DNA of 64,000 nucleotides from Okamejei kenojei. Lineage: Eukaryota. The DNA is taken from assembly GCA_035221665.1 (NCBI GenBank), contig CM069145.1, positions 7,006,001 to 7,070,000 on the forward strand. Direction: 5' to 3'. Below the pieces are notes generated by a model that was not told where the DNA came from, did not search any database, and worked only from the letters and a program-made list of their open reading frames with translations. A program made the translations under genes and the position numbers. Position 1 is the stretch's first letter. Each line of letters starts with the position of its first letter. Positions 37,191 to 51,549 of this stretch are shown here, piece by piece.

Positions 37191-39519
37191 TCCCAAACAA
37201 AGCAATGCAGACTATTCCCGATCTGCCTTTCCAAATGAGCATAAATCCTATCCCTGAACATTTTCTCCAGTAATTATTTGGGTTATTCCTTCTGCCCCTC
37301 TTAAATAAATGAAATATTAACCATCTCAGTATTTTACCACCTCACAAGTAGCTAATGAAGATGCAAAAATCTATGTCAGGGCCCCAGCTATTTTGGGATA
37401 GCTCTGGGCCACCTTTGGGTACTTACCTTTGCAGACCTTTGCATCCTGTGACATTTAACATTTTCTCCTTCTTTTGGACTGCTCCAGATTATCCACATAC
37501 TTCTCCCTGAAGGCACCATCTTCCATGTCTTTCTTCTCAATTAATACGGATGAGGTCCTCATTTTGGACCTCACCCGCATACCTTTGTTCAATACAGATT
37601 AGCATTTTGGTCCCCAAGTGAACCACTCCCTCCCTGCCTTCTTGCTCTTCACAGAATGTCTAGGGATTCTCCTTGATCTTACTTGCCAAGCATATTTTTT
37701 TGCCCCTTAGTGTTCTCTCCTACATACACTACATTCCTCTGGAGATGCCCTCAACCCCAGTTGCCTTCCATTCTTTTCCTTTCTCCTGATGAAACCTTCA
37801 ATATCCTTTATAATCCAGAATCCTTAATCAAAACTTAAAACACAATTTAGGAACTTCGATAAAAATGTAAACAGGGGGCAAAAAAAGTAACAGATTGACC
37901 AAACTGTTTTAATCCTATGTACAATAATTTTATACATTTAACTAATTTCAAGTGGCTTTATTCAAGACCTCTTTATCGTCACTCATTCTTTTGTTTTTCC
38001 CCTCCTCTTACCATTTATTTTTTAACAACTTTCTGTACAGGAAAATTAATACTTTCCTTTCCAACTGATTGGCTGAGCAAGAAATACTGTCCATCATTCC
38101 CACGTAACTCTCATACATTATGTTAAGAATACAGACAGCTGGCAGTGATTCATCCTTCCTTATTATCTTATCCTCCACCACTCAGCAATCAATTCCACTT
38201 ACGACTCCCCTATTTCTCACCACCACTAATCAAACAAAATATGTGTGGCCAGGTAATAATTAGGAAACCTTTAGGATCTTGGGTTTCATTCCATATAGTC
38301 TGTTTCTAAAGAGTGCTTCACAGAATCATTGAGAGGTTTGAAGTGCTAATGCGTAAGACATGAAAGTTTTATTACTTTACAAGACGTAATTATGTAATAA
38401 AATACTAATATCACAACCGGTGGATTGTGTAGATTGCTTGTACACCACTTAAAACTTTTTTCAAAGTACATTCTCGTCCCCCAATGAGAACTGCTTTGTT
38501 GATTCACTCTGGCACACGTATAGGTACATACTTCCTTGGACTTAAGATAGTCCTTCACTTGGGCTTTTTGCTGCTACGTAGGGAAAAAGTTGCAAATCCC
38601 TACCCTCTTCTGGTATATTTGCAGCAATGATGGACTCATGAGTTGGTGTGGACTAGCGAACGTCCACCACATAGACCCACTGAGTTACCCCAGCTTTTTG
38701 TGTGTACCATATAAGAAGTCTCTGGGGTGTGGAGAGATGAGCAGCAACATAAAGGGGGAGAAGGCAGCTTCCACCTTAGGTGGTCATGACCGTAACCATA
38801 GGCTCTGGACAGTTGTCAGGCTGGTGTTCCAAACCCCCAGCAATGGTGATTGTGTAGAAGCACGTCTCATCCAGCCTATCCAACACCAGCCCTAAATGGC
38901 AGCTTCTCCACACCGAGCCAAGGGCAATTCTGGATTTGTATCTGATCTCTGGCACCCAGATTCTGGGCACAACAGCAAAAACATGGAGCTTGTGCTGGGT
39001 TTCCTGCACAGCAGTGCTCTGTCTTACATGTATAATGTTATAATCATCCCATTTAGTATCAATTACATTAGCGCAATCATTTTTGGGAAAGCATCTGGAA
39101 CATAAACTACCACCAGTGCACTTGTTATAAGAAAATGTGGCAACATATGATTTTTGAGGATATCATACGGATCTGCATCAGAAAACAAAAACGATTCATT
39201 TTTGGGGAGGAGAATCATTCATTTTTTCCAACAAAGTTGTTCAATCAAATCCATAGTGTAAGCTTATAATTGAAGAGTACAAACCATACTTTAACATATG
39301 AATTCTTATGCTGAATAATTATTAAAATAATTATGTGGTATTACATACCTTTTAGATCAGCTAGTTTAAAAATTATCAACCAAAGGGATTCCAACAGCTT
39401 TTGAATGAAAGGTAACATTATATTGCAGTAAATGTAGACACAGGAACTGCAGATGTTGATTTACTTTAATTTAGATATGATGATGTATTAACATTAATAT
39501 ATGGTCAAATAGTTGATGA

Positions 39520-39672
39520 AACAAAAAGCTGGAGTAACTCAAGCGAGAAAGGTAGCATCTCTAGAGAGAAGGAATGGATGACGTTTTGGGTCGAGACCCT
39601 TCTTCAGATGAGTTACTCCAGCTTTTTGTCCCTATCTTCCGTTTAAACCAGCATCTGCAGTTCCTTCCTACG
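39520..39672. mobile_element. Short fold-back Penelope terminal-repeat element
   Basis: AAAAAGCTGGAGTAACTCA...TGAGTTACTCCAGCTTTTT arms, with a hammerhead-like core on the minus strand at 39577-39609. Confidence 0.8.
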
Positions 39673-41416
39673 CATCAAATAATTGATAACTTTTTGATTG
39701 CTCCATTTTAAACTATGGTGCTTAGGATTTCTAACAGTCAAGGCTAAACCATTAGCTTTAAATACAGGACATGTCTACTGTGCATCCTTGATTAACCCCT
39801 AATCATCCAGCTGCCTTTGGACCCAATTGTAAGTGTAATTACCTTTTTGTCAGGTACAATTTGCCTGATAAACATGTCAGAACACTTGCTGCTTAGTCTA
39901 TTTCAACAGATAACTGCTGCCCATCGACAGCCTACAGGCACAATTACCAAAGAAGAGGGCTGTTATAAAACACAGAAGCTAATGCACTAAAGGAGCCCCC
40001 GAAAAAGAAATACCCACCTGACCTCTGGATAACCCAAGCAGGAGATTAGCCTATTTCCAAACAAGCAGGCTGTCACACATAGCTTGGCCAATTGCACTCA
40101 TTGCCACTGTGCATACAGTTCTTACACAAGCTAATGAGGGCAGACTGCTATGCTATTATTTCTGTACCCTTTCTTAAGCCAAGTACTGCAAATGCTTTTC
40201 ATCAATGCCATGGCAGAAAAGGCCCAAAATCAAAGTGAACACAAAGGGTGAAAAAGTTCAAAAACAAATTTTAATTGGGACTTTAATACCTATGCTGCAT
40301 AACCATGAGAAACTTGGTGACTGCTCTGCTAACACTAGATGCCTTATATATATGAGTATTGGCCACATTGTAAAATCTTTTAAAGCTTCAAAATATTTCT
40401 GAAAATTACCTTGGAATTTACTGATTATTTGCCATATAAAAATGCAAATAGCATTATTTTCACAGTTGGCCTTTCAATTAAGGTGAATTAAGCTGCTTCT
40501 TTTATCAGGTGTTGACTGGGTCCCAGACATATTTACTCATCCCTATTAGTACCCATCCCCACTCATTCCCTACTGAGAATGGCTATCAAGGAAATGAATG
40601 TATACAAACTCGTAACAGTGTTTTTCACACAACAAAGCTAACACTTCCTGAGATGGCAGCAGTTTATTACCAGTTCAATGGCCAAACTACAAAAATTACC
40701 TATACTTCACGGGTTTGCGTCACATACCAAAATCCCACAAAATCCTTGACTTTTTTGTTAAACCTGCTTTCACTTTGATCAGAGGTGCAAACAGCCTTCT
40801 CTGAGGGATACGAAAGCCACCTGCTGTTGCTGGTAAGGCAGCTGCTAATTGGTAAAAAAATCTTCAGAACTTGCCTAATAGATCCCAGGTTTTTTCTCCC
40901 CCAAGTAAAAAGCAGGATTGATTGTAGCACAATGAAAGCCTGCTCATGGGGGATCATGCATCAAAGGAATATAAAACTATATGTCCAAGACCTGTAAAAT
41001 ACATCCCTCAAAGCCAATTTCAAAACTACGCTTTCCCCTCTTGAAAAATATGCACAGATGTGTTTGTTTTTGCACTACAATCATTAATGTTATATATAAA
41101 TGCTACTGTAATTTCTGAAAATGGCTCCTCATACACAAAAAATGCAGGGAAATATGTTTTATGTTTCATACGTTTTAACAGTGGGAACAGAGAGATTTGA
41201 AAGTTTGAGGAAGAAATTAGTTCTTTGTGTTCATAGCAATCAGCCAATTCTCTCCAGGGTAACTTCAATTCCCAAAACTATACCCTCCGGTTGCAATGCA
41301 GAGGGAAGTCCGGTCTTGTTATAATCAGAACCAAACCCTAACAGAACCACTGCTGTTTTAATCTTAGACACACTCACTTAACACGGGTCCAATGACAAAT
41401 CTAAAAACTAAACGGT

Positions 41417-41590
41417 AGACACAAAAAGCTGGAGCAACTCAGCGAGTCAGACAGCACCTGTGGAGAAAAGGAATAGGTGACGAAGGGTGTCGACCCGAAA
41501 CACTGAGTTACTGAGTTAACTCGACAATGAGTTACTCAAGCATTTTTTTGTGTATCTTCCGTTTAAACCAGCATCTGCAGTTCCTTCCCA
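41417..41590. mobile_element. Short fold-back Penelope terminal-repeat element
   Basis: Same arms and GTTTAAACCAGCATCTGCAGTTCCTTCC tail. The internal junction contains a repeated TGAGTTA motif. Confidence 0.75.
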
Positions 41591-42216
41591 AACAAACACT
41601 GGGAACCCCAAATTATCCTACTAGTTGACTGTTATTTGAGTAAAGTCCCAAAAGATGTGCAAATCAGAAGTACATGCTTTCCAACTTTCAAGATGTTTCG
41701 TAACCATAGCCAATCAAAAGTTGGTATGGTTGGGCAAAATTCTACATATAAAAAACCATGCCGTCATATGATTGTTTTTACATGAATATAATTTTTCTTT
41801 TACATACATGTCAGTATGAAATGGTGGTCCCTTCACATGGATCATGTTGTATAACTTCCAATGTGCAAAAAAACTATTACACTAATACAGCCCTAGTTGA
41901 CAAAAGGACAATTGAAGATCAAGCCAATAAACTGCACAAAATGGAAACTTGGGTCATCTTACGAGGCACTCCAAAGGAAGGGATGGAGGTCATTAATGCA
42001 GTCTTAGAAAAATCCACCGAATCCACTGGCAGGAGAAGCAAACCAATTTCAGTGTCCTGTCGCACGCCACCATTTAAGATGGTCTAATTGCAATCAATTG
42101 GCTGTCATGCCGTTCACATGTGTGATACCAACTTGCTAAAAACAAACACTCTATTCTGAACTCTAACACAGAGTTACCCACTGTTGAAAGAAAAACCTTA
42201 AAATGAGGAAAACCTA

Positions 42217-42522
42217 GGGCGCCAGTGACACAGCTGGTAGAGCTGCTTCCTCACAGCATCAGAGACTCCATTTTGATACTGACCCTGGGTGCTGTCTGTG
42301 TGGAGTTTGCAAGTTCTCCCTGTGACCATGTGGGTTTCGTCAGGTTGCTCCGGTCGTGCCGGGGGCAGGGGGATTTGTAGGGTAATTGAGCTCTGTAAAT
42401 TGTCCCAAATGTGTAGGGAGCGGATGAGATAATGGGATAACATAGAACTAGGGTGATCAATGGTCTGCCTCGATTCAGTGGGACAAAGGGCCTGTTTCCA
42501 TGCTGTTTCTTTAAACTAAACC
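42217..42522 (+). mobile_element. HE1-like tRNA-derived SINE
   Basis: Head GGGCGCCAGTGACACAGCTGGTAGAGCTGCT, core GCTGTCTGTGTGGAGTTTGCAAGTTCTCCCTGTGACC and tail GGGCCTGTTTCCATGCTGT..TAAACTAAA. AAAACCT occurs on both flanks (possible TSD). Confidence 0.85.
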
Positions 42523-44171
42523 AAAAACCTCCTTTAAAAATCAACATCCACTGATTCCAGAGAATCCCTGCCCTATGATTGAAGTAGAGAAAGATCTTGG
42601 AAATGGCATCAAGAAACAGATGCCATTTTTGTTTGACATGGCAATGGCAATGGCATTTGGGAATGGCATTGAGTACCAGATGTGGTGCACCATTTACCAA
42701 ACGAGCTGCCCATCTGCCATGCCAACCACTATACTCTGTACTCTATATGCTATACTCTATACAACCACTATATCTTTGGTTTAAACCAGCCAGCGTCTGC
42801 AGTTCCTTCTTGCACCTATTCTGGACAAAATGTGCAATTCTCATATTAGCCTGATCCATCACCTCAGAAGCCAGCGCTGGAGTGAAATCGAGTAATCTTT
42901 GAACCTGGGGGCTCACTTGAGGAGGAAAAACAACTGACCTTTATCTAATGTATGATAGGGTATGTGAGAATCCCTCTCACACTGCATCATACATCATTCC
43001 CATGGTTTTGAACCATTTTAATCTTGGCAGAGAATAAAAGCTCATGCAATAACATTAAAAAAGAACCAACCATGCACGTGGTGGAGTTACCACTCTGAGA
43101 TACAACATATGCTAATAACAGTTATTGTACCAATTACATAGTTGTAGTATATATCAATCTGACAAATTACATCCTATTTCACTAATTTGTATTGGTTAGA
43201 GTATTACACAACATACTTTCAACTTCTTTTACACGTTCCTTGTGATCAACTTGCCATTGACTCATCCCATCTGTAAAGGAGAATCTTGAAAAAGGCAACA
43301 TCATCTGCACACAAGGGTATTAATTAGCTGTGCTCCTTAGTAGCTGTGGATTTTGCATGCAATCGTATAAACTCTCTACAGGGAGTACAGGGAGAAGTTG
43401 AATGGATTTTATGTCATTGCTCCCAGCTGGGGAAGTCAATTTCTATCAAATCGGTTTCCTTCTGCCGACATGAGCAAGTATGTTTTGACTGGCTATAGTG
43501 AAGTAGAGATCAAAGAGAGCTAGTCTTAACTAACATGTGTACAGTTTTTGTTTAAAGGTACAGATAGCTTTGTGGTTTCTTTTGTCAACTTTTTGTATTA
43601 AAATAATTTTGGAGTAGATATACTTAGTTACAGAATGGAGCCTATTGATTCTAATTTGTATAGGTACTTAATATCACTCAACATTCTTGTTAGGGCAAAT
43701 TTCAAGATTCAAACATAATCTAGGTTTGAAATTTTGTTTATAAAATAAATTAAATACTTATTTAAAATATTTATTTAAAATAAATTAACACTTTTCAGGA
43801 TGAAAATGTACAATGGAATAGCATTTTGTACACAAAAGAGAGACTTAAAGGTAGAATGCAAGATGGGGAAAGAATGCTACAGTACAAATGTATACAATGT
43901 CAAATTATACTGCAATAACCAATGTTCTGAGTGAAATTGAATTAAAGTACAATAGTACCGAGAGATCTTTTAAAACCTAGTCGGATGTGCATGGGGTTAA
44001 TCTAATGTATGATTGAAATGCAGCATTTCCATTAGAAGCATTTGCATGGTTTTTGGTCACAGATCTTCGGGAGCGGGACTTGAACCCAGTATGCTGCACG
44101 AATGACGAATAGACTGGTGCAACACTGCGATTTCTAACACTGATCATTCTTCATAATATTCTAGTCGAATG

Positions 44172-44640
44172 TAGACACAAAATGCTGGAGTAACTCAGCG
44201 GGACAGGCAGCATCTGTGGAGAGAAGGAATGGGTGAAATTTCGGGTCGAGACCCTTCTTCAGACTGATGTCAGGGGAGTGGGCGGGGCAGAGATAGAATG
44301 TAGTCGGAGACAGTAAGACTGGTGGGAGAACTGGGAAGGGGGAGGGGGATGGAGAGAGAGGGAAAGCAAGGGCTATTTGAAGTTAGAGAAGTCAATGTTC
44401 AAACCGCTGGGGTGTAAGTTACCCAAGGTAAATATGAGGTGCTGGTCCTCCAATTTGTGCTGGGCCTCACTCTGACAATGGAGGAGGCCCAGGACAGAAA
44501 GGTCAGATTGGGAATGGGAAGGGGAGCTGAAGTGCTGAGCCACTGGGTGGTCAGGTATGTTAAGGCGGACTGAGCGGAGGTGTTCAGCAAAACGATCGCC
44601 GAACCTGCGATATACAGGAGTTGACACCTGGAACAGCGGA
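44172..44640 (-). mobile_element. Penelope-like element 3' fragment
   Basis: ORF 44373..44657 (..RFGDRFAEHLRSVRLNIPDHPVAQHFSSPSHS..KLEDQHLIFTLG) is the GIY-YIG C-terminus. The terminal repeat contains an intact CTGAAGA..GAAA core at 44232-44266. Confidence 0.9.
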
Positions 44641-45572
44641 TACAATATCCTAGGCAAGTTGATTATTTACTGGGTAGATTCCCAAATGGATTAAGGCTCA
44701 GCTCAGTGAAAATGATTTCATTTCACATGGAAACATTTGGGTGGCACCCTCCTAAGATCTTTGTCCCAATGTGGACTAGATTCAAGCTAGCATATGAAAG
44801 AATGTTGTGCTATCCCACTGCTTCTGAACTCACTTTAATTATTATAGCTCCATTATTAATCAGCATCGTTCGAAAAGAACACAAGGAAAATAAATTATCT
44901 CCAAATTTTCCCTCTAAAATTTACAGAAAGATAATGGTTAATTTACAAATTATAGCAAATACACTTGTGTAATTAATTTTGACAGATAGACAATTACCAG
45001 AACCAAATTGGGTTAATAAATGGTCTTCAATTACATACATTTGTTTGTTTTTTTCATCAACAGTATTTTAAATCATTTTCCTGCAAAATTGAGGTTTTCC
45101 ATAGGATAAAATTATATAAAACATTTTTTGCAGACATTTAAATTATTTCAGTTTTCAAAATCTTGGTGGCAGCAACTAGTTTTCATTCGATGCCTTTGTC
45201 TGGTGCAGGTCACAGTTCAACTCAGCACCGTGTATATTTGGCTTGATCAACAATAATGATAAACTCTCACACATGTCCTGTGCTTCCCTACTTGACAAGA
45301 TACATCACTGTATCCACAGACAGGTAGCATTCCAACTGTAGGTATTCTTTTGTTTCTGTACCTTTGCCAACTATTCAAAAATATGTCATCTGGAGCTTCT
45401 GTTGATGTGGTGGTGCAGTACATGAGTATACACCATCTCAAATAGAGACCAAGAAGAACATTTTCACACCTATTTTCCATTATCTATCCTCTCCTGAGAG
45501 CATTAATGTCAGAAGCCTTTTAATTTTTCACCGAAAGTGCACTATGTATCTAGTGTCTCCCATAGTACCAAT

Positions 45573-45848
45573 GATGGCACAGCGGTGGAGCTACTACCCG
45601 GGTTCAATCCTGACTACAGGTGCTTGTCTGTAGGGAGTTTGTGCATTCTGAGTGGGTTTTCTCTGAGAACTTCATTTTCTTCCCACACTCTGAAGACGTA
45701 CAGGTTTGCAGGTTAATTGGCTTGGTATGAATGTAAAATTGTCCCTAATGTATGTGGGATAGTGTTAGTGTGCGGGGATCGCTGGTCGGTATGGACTCGA
45801 CGGGCCGAAGGGCCTGTTTCCGCACTGCATTTCTAAACTGAACTAGAC
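45573..45848 (+). mobile_element. HE1-like SINE
   Basis: A-box-like TGGCACAGCGGTGG and B-box-like GGTTCAATCC, a conserved central domain, and a GGGCCGAAGGGCCTGTTTCC tail. Confidence 0.88.
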
Positions 45849-47419
45849 TGTCTGGCTATTCCACCATAGAGACCACAACAATCTAATTCAGAGAGTTGAA
45901 ATCTCTAGATACAGTTGGAAATGGTGGTCTTATTTTGTCTTCTGTCATAATGTTATAGACCCATCATCTTCTGTTGCCACACTACTTTAATTCAATTCCT
46001 TGGTTTAAAGTAAAATTTAAATTGCCCTGTTTCATCGTTAAATGAAGTAAACTGAATGATGCTAAAATGACGATATGCAAAGTTTCTCAAGGTACCACAG
46101 AAAATGTATCAATTACAAAAGTGATTTTCTTTCCCCAAATTTGTTGGGGAAGAGATACCTCCCAAAGGTACACCATTTAAAAGTATGAAGGGAATGAACA
46201 GCGTGAACTCCCTCAAAACCACATTAGTCTGATGGAAAATTGAACATATTTCATGAACTTTCACTGGCAAGAAAAAAAATCTGAGGTCAGATCAGGGAAA
46301 GGAAGACCCGTTGCCAGGGTGAACATCTTTGGAAGGATGAATGTGCTGATTGGGAAGCTTAAATTTCTTAATTGATTCAGGACAATGTGGGTCTCTCGGA
46401 GGTATATTCAGTGACAACTTTGAATGGACCCCATGGTGCCAATGTGAGTTAATCAGGACTTTCAGGTGCAAAGGGAAAATTTAAATTTAACCAAACTGAA
46501 GGCATTTGCGATGAAGGGGACAGATCACCTCATTCACAAAAACTCCACATTTGCTCATTTTGTGATCTTGTACGGGAAAGGCATTATGGAATGCAGAGTC
46601 ACAATTTTTTTTAATTAGAGATTTGGGGGACACAGCTGGGGAAGGTATTTAAAATCAGAGAACATGTCCTACTTGAAGGAGTCCCTGGAGGAGAAAACAA
46701 ACAATGCTGCAGCCCAGTGGTGGCTCTGGGCTTTGTGTAAGGAGGTGAAGTTTGGGAAAGTGAATAATGCCTTACTGGCCTGGGAGCAGCATTTAAAGAC
46801 TCTGTTGATCTTGATCTCACGAAAGACTAATTGGACAAGTGTGGGTGGGTAGCACAGAGGATTAGCATTCCTTGATCTATTAAGAAATCTTTCTATAAGT
46901 CATATATACGATTACATACACATTGCAAGGTTTCACTATAGTTAGACCAACAAAGAAAATATAATATAAAATTGGACAAAATACATTTGTGGTTGCACGT
47001 ACACTGGAATTGCCAGTAATTAAGCTATTTTAAATAGGGTAACGATAAGAAAACAGAAATCTAATAAATGCTTAATACTAATCAGGGTATCATTTGCTAA
47101 ATGTATATCAAAACCCTTTTTTTGTTTCTAGGAATTCTAATAATTCTGAAATTGTTGAACTTGCTGACAAACTAGTTTTAATTTTCTTTTTAAAGTTTAA
47201 GTTGCAAAACTTAACCTAATGCTGTTATTCTTCCCCAAGTGGAATAATTATTCTAAATTCAAATTATGCCTATTCAACAACAGTTGAGTCACAAGGCCAC
47301 AAAAATGAATTAATCTTCATGCAAAATATTAAAGACTATTAACAATTTTGGCTGCTTTTCAAATCCACAATTATGTAAGTTGAAAACGTTAGTGAAGACA
47401 AATGTAAACATCTTAATCA

Positions 47420-48026
47420 TATAACATAACCATATATCAATTACAGCACGGAAACAGGCCCTCTCGGCCCTTCCAGTCCGTGCCGACCATTTATTTTCCC
47501 CTAGTCCCATCTACCCGCACTCAGACCATACCCCTCCATTCCCTTCACATCCATATACCTATCCACTTTACTTTTAAACGTTAAAATCGATCCTGCCTCC
47601 ACCACTTTTGCTGGAAGCTCATTCCACACAGCCACTACTCTCTGAGTAAAGAGGTTCCCCCTCACGTTACCCCGAAACCTCTGTCCCTTAATTCTCATGT
47701 CATGCCCTCTTGTTTGAATCTTCCCTACCCTCAATGTGAAAAGCTTATCCTCGTCAACTCTGTCTATCCCTTTCATCATTTTAAAGACCTCAATCAAGTC
47801 CCCCCTTAACCTTCTGCGCTCCAAAGAATAAAGACCTAACTTGTTCAACCTTTCTCTGCAACTTAGTTGCTGGAACCCAGGCAACATTCTAGTAAATCTC
47901 CTCTGTACTCTCTCTATTTTGTTGACATCCTTCCTATAATTAGGCGACCAAAATTGTACACCATACTCCAGAATTGGTCTTACGAATGCCTTGTACAATT
48001 TTAACATTACTTCCCTACTCCTATAC
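47420..48026 (-). mobile_element. Young 5'-truncated CR1 LINE
   Basis: ORF 47501..48007 (LYKAFVRPILEYGVQFWSP...IERVQRRFTRMLPG..RRLRGDLIEVFK..QRVVAVWNELP). Confidence 0.95.
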
Positions 48027-48199
48027 AGATCTTACAGTCAAAAAACAATTTACAACAGGGAACAAGAAATTGCAGATAAAATAATTTGGTTCTGTCTCCA
48101 AAGAGACCCAAAATTATTTCCCAGATATGCTAGGGTATGACGAAAATGAATTAAAAAGAATTAGTAATGGTAAAGAAAGGAGAACAGGTGAAATTAAAG

Positions 48200-49400
48200 A
48201 CTCAGTAAGATAGCAAATCCCCAGTCTGATAATCTGCAAACCAGAGCATTGAAAAAGCAAATATATAAGTTGTCATCTTCCAAAATTGTACACATTATTT
48301 TATAGTAGCTCCTCCAAATGTAATTTAAATATATTTTTTAAATGAAACAAGACAGAAAACTGTTAACCTATCATTGGAGACAAGGGAAAGTGCTAGAGTC
48401 TGTTACAAAGTAACACTCAGAAAATATCAAAAGGCTAAATATCATAAGACAAAGTCTAATTTATAAAAGGGGAATTGTCTTTGACAAACCTATTGGTGTG
48501 TTATTTTTTGAGGAAGTAACTGGTAGACAGTTAAGTGGAATTGGTGCATTTAGATTTTCAGGAGGCCTTCGATCCAGTCCGCATGTAGATGTTTAATGTG
48601 CAAAATTAAATTACCAATGATTGGGGGCATGTTGTATGGATTGAGAATTGGTTGCCAGACAGGAAAAGAGTAGGAATAAATGTGGCATTTTTAGGATGAT
48701 GCAAGCAATTAGTTGAGTTCTGCAGGGATCAGTGCTTGGACCCCACCATATCAAAGATTTGGATGCGGAAACTTAAGGTATTATTTCCGAGACTACTGAC
48801 AACACAAACTGAGCGGAAATGAGAGATGTGAGGAGGATGCAGACTTCAAGACAATTTGGACATGTTTAACGATCGGGCAAGTACATAGTAAATGCAGATG
48901 TGTACAGTGTACACAGAGCAGTTTAATATTAGAGAAAATCTAAAATGGGCATGTGATGTTAAATCTGTGGAGACCTTGTTTAAACTACAGTGTATTGTGT
49001 CCTGTTCAGGTCATCTTTGCCCTTAAGAACCAATCACTCTGGAACGTATATAAAACAGATTTATAATAATGTTACCAGAATTGAGAGGATGACACTGTCA
49101 AGAGTGATTGAATGGTCTCCAGTTCTTTTTCTCTGGGAAATAAACTAATAAAAAGCCACAGAGGGGTCATTAAAATTACAAAGAAATTTGATGGGGCCAA
49201 TATTGAAAAACTGTTTTCACCTATCTGGAACAAAAGGGCATTAAAAATAATAGAGCCACCAAGTAATAAAAAATAATGCTGAAGGTGCTAGGAATGCAGA
49301 CCCATCAGTCACATAGCACGACTCAAGTGGATGACATTGATACCTTTAAGGGAGGGCAAGATTTTTATGAGAGAACAGAGCGAAATGGAAGACATTAATT
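48200..49400 (+). mobile_element. Old degraded CR1 RT region
   Basis: Remnants of KSP.PD (AAATCCCCAGTCTGAT), LDFQ.AFD (TTAGATTTTCAGGAGGCCTTCGAT) and QGSVLGP (CAGGGATCAGTGCTTGGACCC). Confidence 0.75.
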
Positions 49401-49714
49401 GAAGGAGGCTTAGGCATAGGCAAATGTGAACAATACTATATATCTTTTGGACAAAAGAGGTGTTGTTGAATTTTAAGTAAGATATTATGCAGACCTATTG
49501 AGAACAATATTTGCTTTAGCGACCCAAGAGACCACAGATCATAGAATCGAGATCAGGAAGGGTTTGAAGAAGTAGGCGGCTTTGGTGGGAAGCAATGGGT
49601 GAACCTGAAAACCTTGGTTCACTGATCCCTTCCCATCGGCAGCTATGTTCCCTTCCATCCGCAGAAGATGCAACATTTGTCCTCCCTTCCTCAGGCTGCT
49701 TGAAAAGAAATGTC

Positions 49715-50425
49715 ATCAATCCAAGGAGCCCAGCAGCCCTTCCAGGTGAGGTGGTTCACATGTACCTCCTCTAACCTCATCTACAGCCCAATGGTGCCTT
49801 CTTTACACGGTGACACTAAACACAGACTAGGCAACTGTATCACCAAACACTTGCGTTTGGTCTGCCTAGGCCTGTTGAATTTCCCACTTGCTAACCATTT
49901 TGATTCTCCTTACCATTCCCATATCAACCTCTCTGTCCTGGGCCTCCTCCATTGCCAGAGTGAGGCCACACGTAAAGCAGAGGAAAAGCACCTCATATAC
50001 GGCTTGTGTGTGTTTCAACCCAACAGTCTCAACATTTCATTCTCCAATTTTAGGTGACACCCGTCCCCCCACACCCCTCCCCAACCCAGTGCACCCCCAT
50101 TTCTCGCACTATTCCACCTCCCCCCCCCCCCAACCTACCCCCCTCCCTCTGGCCTTACTTTTACATGGTGACCCTTTTGCGTCCTTTCATCGCTAACCTT
50201 CATCCACGCATCTGCCAATCACATACCCCCCTCACATGCATCCACCAGTCATTTGCCAGGCTTTATCTCGCTCCACCTCTTTTTTCCAGCTTTCTTGCCC
50301 CTACTACAATCAGTCTGAAGAAGGGCCCCGACCCAAATCATTGTCTCTCCATGGCCCTCCAAAGATGCTGCCTGGCCACTCAGTTGCTCTGGCACTGCGT
50401 TCTACTCAAGATTCCAGCATCTACA
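49715..50425 (+). mobile_element. Degenerate Penelope-like 3' fragment
   Basis: ORF 49710..50057 (FQVRWFTCTSSNLIY...PLANHFDSPYHS..LSVLGLLHCQSEA), followed by the terminal repeat. Confidence 0.85.
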
Positions 50426-51166
50426 ATGTGTTGTATCTTACAGTTTCCATTACACAGCTCAATTAGTTGGAAGTTTCCTTCTTAATGAATGTAAGCTTTC
50501 CAAATCTATATTAAATGGGAGAACAGCAAACTGGATGATCCAAGTAATTGAATTCTTCCAAGGAAGAAATAAGGTGTCCCACGATTCATAAAATCCAACT
50601 TGTAATTTACATATATGTCCCAAGCACAAAAAGTCATTCCATGACTACCACAGGAATTCCACCGAGTTTAAAACATGCCACACTGCGCCATAACATGGCA
50701 AAGCATTGCACACGAGAAAAACCCTTCCAAAATATAGATACTATTCCGTAATGGTCAAAGTCGCTTAATCCATATGATAGAGCTACCTTAAAACTTCAGA
50801 CAAATTAGCATAATCCCCTTAATATAATATTGCATCTCAAATATTTTAGAGAGATCCATTGGATATTAAACAGCAAGTAGGTGCAGAGAAATAATGAATA
50901 ATACTGGCAAAAAGAGAGCTCTAGAAGAAAACCAATTGCTGTGGTTACATTTTAGAAAGATTTCTGAGTATACGATTAAACTGTCACTACCAAGTCAAAA
51001 GAACAATATAGGCTTGAAATTGTTATTGGTGACCATAATGAATGCTTAATACAGACATCAGACTGGTTGCTATATAAACAAGCATTCATTTGTTTATTTT
51101 AAATGGGCGAGTTTCTGTGTTGTGTTGATTTTTTAAAAAATGTTCCAGAAGCCTGCTTTAGGAAAG

Positions 51167-51490
51167 CAGCACAATGGCACAGCAGTTATCACTGCAGCCT
51201 GGCATCTCCAGAGGCTCAGGTTTGATCCTGATCTTGGGTGCTGCCTGTGTGGAGCTTGCATGCTCTCCCCATGACCAAATGGATATCGCCTAGGTTCCAT
51301 CCCATGTTATAAAGATTGTAATGATACACATTATATTGATTGCTAGATTAACTGGCAAGTGACAGATGAATTGGGATGGGGAGGGAAGAGAGGGGTCCAG
51401 GAATAAAAACTGGTCATCATAGAAAAAATAGTTTAGTGGAAGATTACACTGGCATAGCAGTGAGTGGTAGGACCATGCTGTATGACTCTT
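51167..51490 (+). mobile_element. Degraded HE1/V-SINE-like element
   Basis: GGTTTGATCCTGATCTTGGGTGCTGCCTGTGTGGAGCTTGCATGCTCTCCCCATGACC. Confidence 0.65.
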
Positions 51491-51549
51491 TGAACACCCA
51501 TGGCATTTTACTTTTATTTTACAACAATTTTGAACCTAATTTATCTTTA

